From Myxococcota bacterium (GTDB lineage: Bacteria; Myxococcota_A; SURF-8): a stretch of 64,000 nucleotides of DNA. The notes beneath the pieces are model-generated. The model searched no databases. It had not been told where the DNA came from and saw only the letters and a list, made by a program, of their open reading frames with translations. The stretch lies in the NCBI GenBank assembly GCA_963674735.2, contig CAXXQS010000002.1:992001-1056000 (forward strand), written 5' to 3'. Shown piece after piece: positions 30,766 to 40,344 of this stretch. Position numbers and translations under genes: made by a program. The number at the start of each line of letters is the position of its first letter. Position 1 is the stretch's first letter.

Positions 30766-32140
30766 GAAGTACAAAGGTTACCGCAATACCGCCAAGGCCA
30801 AAATGATCGAGTGCGGCGTGCAGGTTTGGAGCGATGTGGAAGCCCACACGGAACGGGGTGTCTTCAAGGGGATCATCCTCCCGCGCTCTGAAACCGCCGA
30901 CGATCGACACATCGTGCTCAAGCTGATCAGCGGTTACAACGTCGGACTCGCGGCGGAAAAAATCGTCTCGATGAAGCAGGTGGGCTATCGCGCCGCCAAC
31001 TACCACATCCCCGAAAAGGAATTCCCCTTCGATCCGGCCAAACGCAAGGTGCGCCTGTTCGGGACCGGCGGCACCATCGCCTCGCGCCTCGATTATCGCA
31101 CCGGCGCGGTCATCCCGGCTTTCACGCCGGGTGAACTATATGGCTCCGTACCGGAGCTGGCCGATATCTGCAATCTGGAAACGGAAAAGCTGTTCGGCGT
31201 TTTCTCCGAAAACATGGGGCCCGAACAGTACATCACGACCGCTCTGCAATGCGGGGAGGCCATCCGCGCGGGCTATGACGGCATCGTCATCGGCCACGGC
31301 ACCGATACCATGCACCACACCGCCGCCGTCTTGTCGTTCATGGTGCAGAATTCACCGATTCCCATTGTAATGGTGGGCAGCCAGCGCAGTTCCGACCGGC
31401 CCAGTTCCGACGCCGCCCGCAATCTCATCCACGCAGTCACCGCCGCCGCCCACGGCGACCTGGCCGAGGTGATGGTCTGCATGTTCGGCCCGACCTCCGA
31501 CGAATACAACCTACTGCATCGCGGCACGCGCGTCCGCAAAATGCATTCGTCCTACCGGTCGACCTTCCGCACCTTGTCCGATGTCCCGCTGGGTAAAGTG
31601 GAAAACAAGAAAATCGAAACCTTCACCGACGACTACAAGCGCCGCCGCAGCGACCGAGACGTGGACATCAAGGCTGTTTTCGACGACCGCGTAGCGATCG
31701 TGTATTACTACCCCAACATGAAACCCGACATCATCACCTCGCTGGTCGACAACGGCTACAAAGGAATCGTGATCGCCGGAACCGGCTTGGGGCACGTCAA
31801 CAAACCGCTGTACCCGGTGCTGCGAGACGCCTGCGAAAAAGGCGTGCACATTTACATGACGGTGCAGACACTTTATGGTTTCGTTCAGATGTACGTATAC
31901 GAAACCGGTCGCGAACTGATGCAACTGGGCGTCGTCCCGGCGGCCAACATGCTGCCGGAAGTGGCCTACGTCAAGTTGGGCTGGGTACTCGGCCAAACTC
32001 ATGATCGCGATGAAGTACAGCGCCTGATGCTGACTCCCATCGCCCACGAAATCACCGAGCGCGAACCGCACAACGGTTATCTCATCCTCCAGGGCGGTTT
32101 GCCCGAGGTGGAAGAGTTCTTGTCCAAAATCCGAAAATAG
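30749..32140 (+). CDS. gatD: Glu-tRNA(Gln) amidotransferase subunit D (archaeal type)
   Basis: GatD N-domain (IVLKLISGYNVG) plus asparaginase domain GTGGTIASRLDYRTGAV, HGTDTM, GSQRSSDRPSSD, RKMHSS, GTGLGHV, MLPEVAYVKLGW; 17-nt overlap with gatE. Confidence 0.92.
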   Translation: MTTNAEKYKGYRNTAKAKMIECGVQVWSDVEAHTERGVFKGIILPRSETADDRHIVLKLISGYNVGLAAEKIVSMKQVGYRAANYHIPEKEFPFDPAKRKVRLFGTGGTIASRLDYRTGAVIPAFTPGELYGSVPELADICNLETEKLFGVFSENMGPEQYITTALQCGEAIRAGYDGIVIGHGTDTMHHTAAVLSFMVQNSPIPIVMVGSQRSSDRPSSDAARNLIHAVTAAAHGDLAEVMVCMFGPTSDEYNLLHRGTRVRKMHSSYRSTFRTLSDVPLGKVENKKIETFTDDYKRRRSDRDVDIKAVFDDRVAIVYYYPNMKPDIITSLVDNGYKGIVIAGTGLGHVNKPLYPVLRDACEKGVHIYMTVQTLYGFVQMYVYETGRELMQLGVVPAANMLPEVAYVKLGWVLGQTHDRDEVQRLMLTPIAHEITEREPHNGYLILQGGLPEVEEFLSKIRK

Positions 32141-32160
32141 ATACAATCGAACCCCGTTTT

Positions 32161-32194
32161 AACGACCGTCAGCCTGCGGCGCGGTCGTTTTTTC
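32161..32194 (+). terminator. Rho-independent terminator after gatD
   Basis: AACGACCG..CGGTCGTT followed by a T-run. Confidence 0.7.
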
Positions 32195-32334
32195 GTTTCG
32201 ACCGCCCAGCCCAAAATCCTTTCCTCCCAAAAACAAAAAAGACGCGCCGCGACCAAAGGTTTTTGCCTGCAGCCCTCCTTCTCTGCTAAACTGCAGGCTA
32301 TTTCGACACGAAAAAAACCAAATGGAGGATCGCC

Positions 32335-33120
32335 ATGCCGGAGTTCACCACCCTGACGACCGAAAGCCGCGACCGTGTTTTTTGCATCGGCTTTAACCGA
32401 CCCGATAAGTTCAACTCCTTCAATCTGGCCATGCTGAAGGAATTGGCCGAAGCATACACTCTCTTCGAAAACGATCCCGAGCAACGTTGCGCGCTGGTCT
32501 TCGCCCACGGCAAACACTTCACCGCCGGTCTCGATTTATCCGAAGTCGGTCCGGCCGTGGCCCAAGGCGCGCCCCTGTTCCCCGCCGGTTCCGTGGATCC
32601 CATGGACCTGATGGAACCGCGCCGCAAAAAACCGGTGGTGATCGCCATGCAGGGCTATAGTTTCACCATCGGAGTCGAATTGGCTCTGGCCTGCGATATC
32701 CGACTGGCGGCCGACGACGCCGTCTTCGCCCAGATGGAAGTCTGCCGAGGCATCATGCCCTTCGGCGGTGCGACGCTGCGTTTCTGGCAGATGAGCGGCT
32801 GGGGCAACGCCATGCGCTACGTCTTGACCGGTGAACGCTTTCCGGCTGCCGAAGCTTTGCGTATTGGACTGGTGCAGGAAATCGTCCCGGCTGAACAGCT
32901 TTTCGAACGCGGACTGGAAGTCGCGACCACGATTGCCAAACAAGCGCCGCTGGCGGTGCAGGCGGCCCGCCGGGCCTCCATGGTGGCCATGGAAAAAGGA
33001 CGCGAAGCCGCGCTTCAGGAATTGATGCAGGAAGCGACCGGCCTGATGGCTTCAGAAGATGCGGTCGAGGGAATGATGAGTTTCATCGAGCGCCGCGAAG
33101 CGGATTTTAAAGGTCGCTAA
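32335..33120 (+). CDS. Enoyl-CoA hydratase/crotonase family protein
   Basis: NRPDKFN, FTAGLDL, GVELALACD, EVCRGIMPFGG, EALRIGLV. Confidence 0.92.
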   Translation: MPEFTTLTTESRDRVFCIGFNRPDKFNSFNLAMLKELAEAYTLFENDPEQRCALVFAHGKHFTAGLDLSEVGPAVAQGAPLFPAGSVDPMDLMEPRRKKPVVIAMQGYSFTIGVELALACDIRLAADDAVFAQMEVCRGIMPFGGATLRFWQMSGWGNAMRYVLTGERFPAAEALRIGLVQEIVPAEQLFERGLEVATTIAKQAPLAVQAARRASMVAMEKGREAALQELMQEATGLMASEDAVEGMMSFIERREADFKGR

Positions 33121-33247
33121 GCGGATCAGCCGACATCGGGGCTTTGTCAATCTTCAGCGAATCCGGCCCACGACGGTCCCGACAGAGACGGCACGCAAAC
33201 CCTTGACTCCCGACTTTGAAAAAACACATGGCGAATGTGCGGAGAAA

Positions 33248-33463
33248 TCAGAGCGTTCTCGCCAATAACCAAGCCGTCCCCATAATCGAAGCGGCGATAA
33301 TAAGCTGCCAAGTCCACAGTTTAGGCGCGGGTCTATCCATTTTTTCCGTCCAGATATAGCCCTTTCCCCGGCATACCGGGCAGGGCAAGCCCAATGGCTC
33401 ATCCCCCTCGACAAACCGCAACCCCATACACTGCGGGCAGGCGACACGCACCACCTGTCCCAT
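33248..33463 (-). CDS. Small Zn-finger protein with C-terminal TM helix
   Basis: CPQCMG..CPVCRGKG (DnaJ-type CxxCxG pair); AAGGGG RBS before ATG 33463. Confidence 0.6.
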   Translation of the reverse strand: MGQVVRVACPQCMGLRFVEGDEPLGLPCPVCRGKGYIWTEKMDRPAPKLWTWQLIIAASIMGTAWLLARTL

Positions 33464-33654
33464 CGTAGCCCCCTTTTCCGGAATCGACCGCAGATACCCC
33501 ACCGCGCAAGCCGATTCCGCTTCCATCAAACAGATTTGTTATCCAAATTTATACCCGCTCCAATTATCCCCACAAGTAATACAATTGCAAGAAATATTTG
33601 ATGGAAAAACGACGATTTACGGACATGTAAGTCTAAGATTGGAAGTGGACGCGT

Positions 33655-35313
33655 TTAGTCGCCGTTCCAAAGACGGGCCGAACCGGGGGTGGGGTCACTG
33701 ACAATGAAATCGAGGCTGTTGTCATCGATATCGGTATTGGCCAATTCGCGAACCAGCGAACGGCCCTCGGACGGAGCCGGAGCGGGATTGCCTTCCCCGA
33801 CGAAACTCCAGGTGCCGGTATCCGAATCGCCGAAGCCCACCGCATCGTAGATGAACCCGAGTTCTTCGGAGTCCAGAATCACGTTCATCGGCAGACCGCG
33901 CGTGAAGAACGTATCGAAGTTGTCGAGTACCAGATCGGCGGGCGGTCCTGCCGTTCCAGCAAGAACGAACAAGCCGTTTTCATTGAGGGTTTGTCCATCG
34001 AGGGTCACAACTGCATACCCGATATTCAGTCCATCGCCACCCTTAGACCATTTCTCGTAAAGTCGCATGCCGGTGAGATCGTAGCCGGGCGAACCCACCA
34101 ATTCGTAAAAGCCGTCATCAACCCCGGTACCCGGATAAACTTCCGAAATAACCGGTAAATCGATCAGAGGAGCATTATCGACGCCGAAAGGCGCACTGAC
34201 CGAAACCAAGGGCGGCTCGAAGGCGTTCCCCTCAACATCGAGCAGTTCCACCACAATCCGCAGATCCCGGACAATCCCTTTGCCCAGATCGGCCAAGCTG
34301 TCCCAAACAAAGGCATGATCGACTCCTTCCGGATGGGCGCGCAAGTTGCGGGTGTTGTCGGAGGGACCGATAAGCTGGGTGCAGGCCGTCGCCGTTTCTC
34401 CGCCGTCATCGGAATAACCGATCCAGACACGAAAGAGAGTCTCAGTGTTGCCGACAAGCGTGAAAGCCAGGGGGGCTTCACCGCGCAGGGTGGAGGCGGG
34501 ATCGGGTAGCTCCAGCGCCGCCGCGACCTCGAACGCGAGCCAGAAATGGTTGGAAACAACCGCCACGCCATCGCCAAGCGAATCCCTCGGGAGAAGAATC
34601 AGGCGCAGATTGTCACGATCGACATAGTCGAGATCCTGACCGGCGGCCCAGCGCAGTTCATGGATACTCCCTTCGGGAGTGGCGGCCAAGTCCGTCGCCT
34701 CGTCGAGCAGAGTGGCCGGACGATAGTTCTCCCCTCCGTCGATGGAAAAAGACAACTCCACCGAAACGGGGTCGTCCTCGGGATCGGCCAGACCAACCGA
34801 CAAAGCCACCACGCCGGAGCTGGTATCGGGTAATGGTGCGAAAGCGGCCTGGGGCGGCAGGTTGTCGTTCTCGACCGAAAAAGCAAGACTTTCGGCGGCG
34901 GAGGCGGCTGCCGGGTTCTGGGCAGCCACACGCAGGCTGACTTCGGCTCGGTTGAACCCGATATCCGCATAGCTATCCCACAAAAAGACACGCGCCTGCG
35001 TGGTGCCGTCGGAACGAAAGCCCTGCCCATCCGTCGCACCGGCGGCGGCGCTGGCGGCGCGCCATTTATCGCGGCCTTCCGTACGGTACGAGACACTGAT
35101 CTGTACCGGATAACCGCTGGCATCGGCCAGATTGAAGGAAACCGGCACCACCCCGCGAACGCTCTCGCCGGGCAATTCGATATCCGAGATCACCGGGGCC
35201 GGACCGCTATCGGTCCCGACGCCACAGGCAGGCAAAACAAACAGGACGACTATCAGCCACAAGATCTGCGGCCCAAAGCTCATCCGACATGATGTGTAAA
35301 ACGGCGTTTTCAT
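33655..35313 (-). CDS. Lipoprotein with three Ig-like repeats and a C-terminal lamin-tail-like domain
   Basis: Lipobox VLPA-C; three ~115-aa units ending W(D/A)xxxD(I/L); VISEVY..FYEL..DAVGFG..SLVR..DNSLDF..PTPG. Confidence 0.7.
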   Translation of the reverse strand: MKTPFYTSCRMSFGPQILWLIVVLFVLPACGVGTDSGPAPVISDIELPGESVRGVVPVSFNLADASGYPVQISVSYRTEGRDKWRAASAAAGATDGQGFRSDGTTQARVFLWDSYADIGFNRAEVSLRVAAQNPAAASAAESLAFSVENDNLPPQAAFAPLPDTSSGVVALSVGLADPEDDPVSVELSFSIDGGENYRPATLLDEATDLAATPEGSIHELRWAAGQDLDYVDRDNLRLILLPRDSLGDGVAVVSNHFWLAFEVAAALELPDPASTLRGEAPLAFTLVGNTETLFRVWIGYSDDGGETATACTQLIGPSDNTRNLRAHPEGVDHAFVWDSLADLGKGIVRDLRIVVELLDVEGNAFEPPLVSVSAPFGVDNAPLIDLPVISEVYPGTGVDDGFYELVGSPGYDLTGMRLYEKWSKGGDGLNIGYAVVTLDGQTLNENGLFVLAGTAGPPADLVLDNFDTFFTRGLPMNVILDSEELGFIYDAVGFGDSDTGTWSFVGEGNPAPAPSEGRSLVRELANTDIDDNSLDFIVSDPTPGSARLWNGD

Positions 35314-35460
35314 CGCGTCAATCTTAACACAACGCCGGGCTGGGTCAAGATAGAAGAAAGCCTGTCGCCCACATGCGGGAAGACCGCCTCCGACAATCCT
35401 CTTCGAGACATGAACCAGAACAAAAAGGCGCCGTGTGCCGTCAAGCGATGCCGTAACAAC

Positions 35461-35489
35461 TTGAAAAGCCTTTATCATTCCGGTATAAT
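35461..35489 (+). promoter_or_regulatory. Sigma70-type promoter
   Basis: TTGAAA-17nt-TATAAT. Confidence 0.7.
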
Positions 35490-35531
35490 ATAATGAATGG
35501 AGCCCACGTGCGCTCCGCGATGGAGGTTTGC

Positions 35532-36554
35532 ATGCAACGATACGTCCCGGTTCGCCTGGCGCTCTGGGTTTGTTTGGTCGCGCTATGCCTGGGCGGCTGC
35601 AAGCGCACTTATCCGGAAGACGAACCTTTCGACTTCGATTTCTACCCCGACGGCGACAGCGAACAGGTCGTCGAACCCGATGGCGACGGCCTCATCCCCG
35701 GCGATGGCGACGGCCCCGACATCGGCCCGGTGGATCAACGCCCGCAAACGCGGGATGCCGCCGTCGAACCCTTCGGACCCGGCGAGTGGAATCCCCCGAC
35801 GCCGCATCTCACCCCGGACGGCGAGATGACCATCGCTCCCTTCGAAACACTGAATTTTCATGCCGATGCCTCACTCCCGGCCGAAGGCGACATTACCGAT
35901 TATTACTGGCATCTGGTTCAATCCCCCGCTCTGACATTGTCCACACTCGATTTGTCGCCTAATGGCGTCGCCGCCGCTCTGACCCCCGATTTCGCCGGAC
36001 AGTACACTCTGCGCCTCAACGTACGCGACGAAGGCGGCGTGGGTTTCGCTCCGGCGCGCGCCGACATCTGGGTTCGTCCGCAAACGGCTCTATACGTGGA
36101 ATTGGGTTGGACAACCCCCGGCGATGACGATGAAGCCGACGACTGCACCGGTTGCGGAGCCGATCTCGACCTTCACATGGTTCCGCTCGGCGGTCTATGG
36201 GGCGGGCCGCTCGACTGTACCTGGTTGAGTCCGCAGGTGGATTGGAGCGGCGAACATGACCCGCAACAGGCCTGCGTTCTCGCCCGTGAAGATTTCACCG
36301 GACGCGGCCCGGAGATCGCACAGGTGGAGGATCCCAGCAATCTGCCCGCCATCGCCATCGGCGCGCAGGTTCTCGACGATGCCGGATTCGGTCCGAGTAC
36401 GGCGCGATTGGTGATCTGGCTGGACGGCGAAGCGGTGTTTACGGGAGAGAGCGACCCGCTGGACATCGGACAATTCTGGACCGCCGCCACTCTGCGGTCG
36501 GACGGAACGGTATTGCCCGTCAACCGCGTCAGTGATGGTTACCCGAACAATTGA
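35532..36554 (+). CDS. Lipoprotein with DGD linker, PKD-like domain and DLDLH-motif domain
   Basis: GGAGG RBS; lipobox LGG-C; YYWHL..PDFAGQYTLRL; LGW..DLDLH..GPE. Confidence 0.7.
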   Translation: MQRYVPVRLALWVCLVALCLGGCKRTYPEDEPFDFDFYPDGDSEQVVEPDGDGLIPGDGDGPDIGPVDQRPQTRDAAVEPFGPGEWNPPTPHLTPDGEMTIAPFETLNFHADASLPAEGDITDYYWHLVQSPALTLSTLDLSPNGVAAALTPDFAGQYTLRLNVRDEGGVGFAPARADIWVRPQTALYVELGWTTPGDDDEADDCTGCGADLDLHMVPLGGLWGGPLDCTWLSPQVDWSGEHDPQQACVLAREDFTGRGPEIAQVEDPSNLPAIAIGAQVLDDAGFGPSTARLVIWLDGEAVFTGESDPLDIGQFWTAATLRSDGTVLPVNRVSDGYPNN

Positions 36555-37560
36555 TCCCGCATTGGTGCGGAGGAGCCTGCTTCCGTTGCGGCCGCCACTC
36601 GTCGTAGGCGGATGAGGTCCGCGCGCAACCGACGGTGCAGTAGGTACAGCAGGTTTTGATGGTATCGAACTGCTCCTTGAGGTCGTCGATGGTGTACTCC
36701 ATCAACGGCTTGGCGAAATCGTCGCGTTGCTGGCTGCACCAATGCACCACCCCGAACTCGTCCAAGTACAGATAACGGGCACCGGAACGACACTTGAACG
36801 GCGCGGGCTTGCCATCGAGCAAACGCTCGCGGTAGCCGTGCGATTCTTTGAAACGACGACCGATACGGCGCTTGGCTTCCTCATAGGCCGCCAACTCTTC
36901 CGCACTCAGCTTCACCTGACCGTCTTCGCCGTGGATCAAGAGCACCCGCGGCACGAACTTCATCTCACGTGCAAAGTCTACCATCTCCAACACTTCATGT
37001 GGAGGTGCAGCCCCCACCACCGCCGACAGGGTCACGGTGAAGCGCGCCCGTTCCGAAATCATGCGCAGCTTGTCGCGCAATGGATCGAGCACCTTGACGG
37101 TCATGGCGTTGGTTTTCACGCCGTCGATCGAAACCTGCAAGTCGGTCAACCCGGCTTCGTTCAACTGCTCCACGCGCCGTTCGGTGAACAGATAAGCGTT
37201 CGAAATCATCATTCGGGCCGGAAAACCCAACTCGGTGGCATAGCGTACCGCCTCCACCAGATCGGGATTCAAAAGCGGTTCGCCCCCGGTGAACTCCACC
37301 GCCAGAGCCCCCAGTTCGTGGATTTTATCGAGCTGGCGTTTGAGTGTATCAAGCGGCAGAGGATTGGATACCTTATCGAATTCGTTGCAGTAACCGCAAG
37401 CCAGGTTGCAGCGGCGCGTGACCACCATTTGCACCAGAAACGGGCTGTAACCGAATTGATCTTTCAGGCCCACCGGCAAGCGCGGACGATCGAGGATGAA
37501 GTGCCGGGCGATGCGCACGGCATTGGATAATTTTTCCTGAAGCAAACGACGTGTCGCCAT
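36529..37560 (-). CDS. Radical SAM enzyme with C-terminal SPASM/twitch-like Cys motif
   Basis: CNLACGYC, TGGEPLL, QVSIDG; CRSG..G.VHWC..CCTYCTVGC. Confidence 0.9.
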   Translation of the reverse strand: MATRRLLQEKLSNAVRIARHFILDRPRLPVGLKDQFGYSPFLVQMVVTRRCNLACGYCNEFDKVSNPLPLDTLKRQLDKIHELGALAVEFTGGEPLLNPDLVEAVRYATELGFPARMMISNAYLFTERRVEQLNEAGLTDLQVSIDGVKTNAMTVKVLDPLRDKLRMISERARFTVTLSAVVGAAPPHEVLEMVDFAREMKFVPRVLLIHGEDGQVKLSAEELAAYEEAKRRIGRRFKESHGYRERLLDGKPAPFKCRSGARYLYLDEFGVVHWCSQQRDDFAKPLMEYTIDDLKEQFDTIKTCCTYCTVGCARTSSAYDEWRPQRKQAPPHQCGINCSGNHH

Positions 37561-37563
37561 GGA

Positions 37564-40292
37564 TCAGCCGTCCTTTCGTGAGCGCCGCGCATCCATGAAA
37601 ATCAGCAACGCGGGGAAAGAAAGCACCGAAGACACCAGACAACATCCGATGCCCACAACTGCCAGAAGACCGATGGAGTTGAGCCCGGCATGATTGGCCA
37701 GATTCATACCGGCGAAGCCGATCATGGTGGTCAAGGACGCCAGCGTCACCGCCCAGCCGGAAGTGGCTAAAACCTTGGGCACCGAGCCCGGTCCCTCTTC
37801 CAGATAACGGTGGTAGATATGCACCCCGTTATCGACCCCGATTCCAATGAGCGAGGGCAATACCACCATATTGAAAAACGATAGCTTGATACCGTCGTAA
37901 GCCATCACTCCGCACAACATCAGCACACCGCCCAGAAGCGGCGTCATCACGAACAGGGTATGCCGCAACGAGCGAAAATCGATCAACAACAGCAAAAACA
38001 CCACCAGGATGCTGGCGCCGATGGCGATCTTGCCGTCCTCTTCCATCGCCCACATGGTGTCGGCGAAAACGAAAGCCTCACCGGCCGGGTAGAAGGTCTT
38101 CCCGCCGATTTCCAGCTTCGAGGCCTCTTCCGTAAAACGAATGGAGGCAATGCCGTTCCAGGTATCGACGTTGGTGTAGATCATGTTCAAAATGCCCACC
38201 CGGTGCTGGGTCCAGCGGATCAACTTGGCCAAGACGGGATCATCGGACTTGGGCGTATCGGGTATCTCGACATTCGCCACCCATTTCGCCACCCGCTCTT
38301 TCGCCTCGGCGGAAACCTGCGGCCAGCGGCGGGTCAGTTCACTGACGAAACGATCGTCGAGGCTTGTGCCCTTCCACCCTTTCATGGTGTCTTTCAGGAA
38401 GGGAATCAGCTCTTCCTTGCCCGCGCGCACGATGGAGAACGTGCGAATCACCTTTTCGGGCAATTCGAACAAGGCGGGCGGCGGGGTGCGCGTCATCGTG
38501 CGCAGTTGCTCGGCGTCGGCCCGGTTTTGCTCATCGCCGATCATATCGAGGTTCTCGTCGGTAAGCAGCTTCTCGATCTCGCCGATGATCATCCGTTTGC
38601 GCGACAGATCGTCCGGGAGGAAGGTGAACAATGAACGAATGATCTTGAGGGTGGTGCGCGGCGTGGTATCGCGCATCTCCATCACATGATCATGCACTTG
38701 CTTGGTCTCCGCCAGGTCTTCGGCGATCACCATCACCGGCTGCAACGACAGAGGCATGGCCTTGCCGTATTTTTTGCTCATGTTGAGCACCGGGTTGTTG
38801 CGGGTGCGCAGCTTGGCGAAGTTGTATTCGAAATCGATGGGCGGCACACAACAGTCGCCGGGTTCCGGCGCGCAACGCCGCGTATCGGAATACCAGGGGT
38901 TGTCGGTGTGACATTGGAAACTGCGATAGATCGTGTAGCCGCCGAACAGCATGATCAAGGCGGTCAACAGCACCACCCAGCCGGGTTTGGGAATGCCGAT
39001 CGGCTTGACATCATGGTTGGTAGCGTTTTTACGGACGATGGGCCAGATCCGCTCCGAAATCACCAGCATGGCCGGATGAACGACGAACGAGGCGATCACG
39101 CAGAAGACCACCCCGGTTCCAGCCAGAAAACCGAACTGTGAAAACCCGCGAAAATCAGCCAGTGTAAGGGAGAAAAAGGCGGCGGCCGTGGTTACCGAAC
39201 CGGTAAAGATGGCACGGCCGGTTTTCGTTTCGGCCTCCAGCAGACTGCCCGGAATGTCGACACCCTTATGGCGGTTTTCCATGTAGCGATTCAGGAAATG
39301 GATGCAGAAATCGATACCCAGCCGAGCAACACCGCGAAGATGAACGCGGTGATCATGTTCAGATAACCATACTTGAACTGCGCCACAGCCAGCGCCCAGG
39401 TGATGCCCATGATCAAGGGCACCATCACGGTCACGATGGCCCGCAGGCGACGGAAGTAGAGGGTGATCAGCAGAGTCAGCAAGATCATCGTCGTGCCCAT
39501 GGAGCGCACCAGATCATTGATGATACTCTGTTTTTCGACCATTTTATTACGGTAGCTGCCCCCCAGGTCGAAGGTGGTGTCGCCGAATTTTCCCGCCGCA
39601 ATCACTTCGTTGCCCACGATACGCACGTGGTGGAGCAAGCGTTGGTTGAAGCCCAGATCGGAGGACGACTGGGTGGGTTTGACCAGCACACCCAGAACGC
39701 TCTCGTCGTCGGAAATGAAGTACTCCTTAAAGTCGCCGGTACGGTATTTCTGATGCAGACTCTTCTGCCGCCAGACCTCGTCGTCGTCCTCTTCCTCTGC
39801 CTCGTCGTCGTCGAGATCGACGTACAGCGGGTTGGCTTTGAGCTTTTCCTCACGAACGCGGTCGTCCAGCTTCTCCCATACTTCCATCAACTCGTCGCGC
39901 GATAGGAAATAGAGGGCGCGGTCTTTGAAGTACTGGATATCGTTTCGTAAATCGACCTTCTGAACGAAGATCTCCTTCCCTTCTTTCAAGCGCTGTTCTT
40001 TGTGAACCAGCAAGGCTTCTTTGAGCGCATGACCGAAGGCTTTCATCTGCGCGGGCTCGGAGCCCTCTACCATGACCATCAGATAACCGGCCGCCCCGAT
40101 TTCCTTCATGGTTTTTTCGAGGTTCGTCACCGAGAAGGTGTGCTCGGGCAACAAATCGCCGATGTTGGTTTTAATCTTGAGTTTGGAGGCGTAATACCCC
40201 GCCCCCACAGTCAGAAGCAGCGCCAAAACGAGAATCCAAACCGGGAACCGGTAAACGAGCGTCGCCAGGAACTTCAAAAACCGTTCAATCAT
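37564..40292 (-). pseudogene. MMPL/RND lipid exporter (HpnN-like), split by one missing base
   Basis: Adding one base near 39321 restores VLLGLGIDFCIHFLNRY; second half has GIGVDNGVH and ASLTTMIGF; about 909 aa when joined. Confidence 0.85.
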
Positions 40293-40344
40293 GCGGTCCT
40301 CCCGCTAAACCTGCGTCCGTAATCGACACTCACGACCTGCCCCC

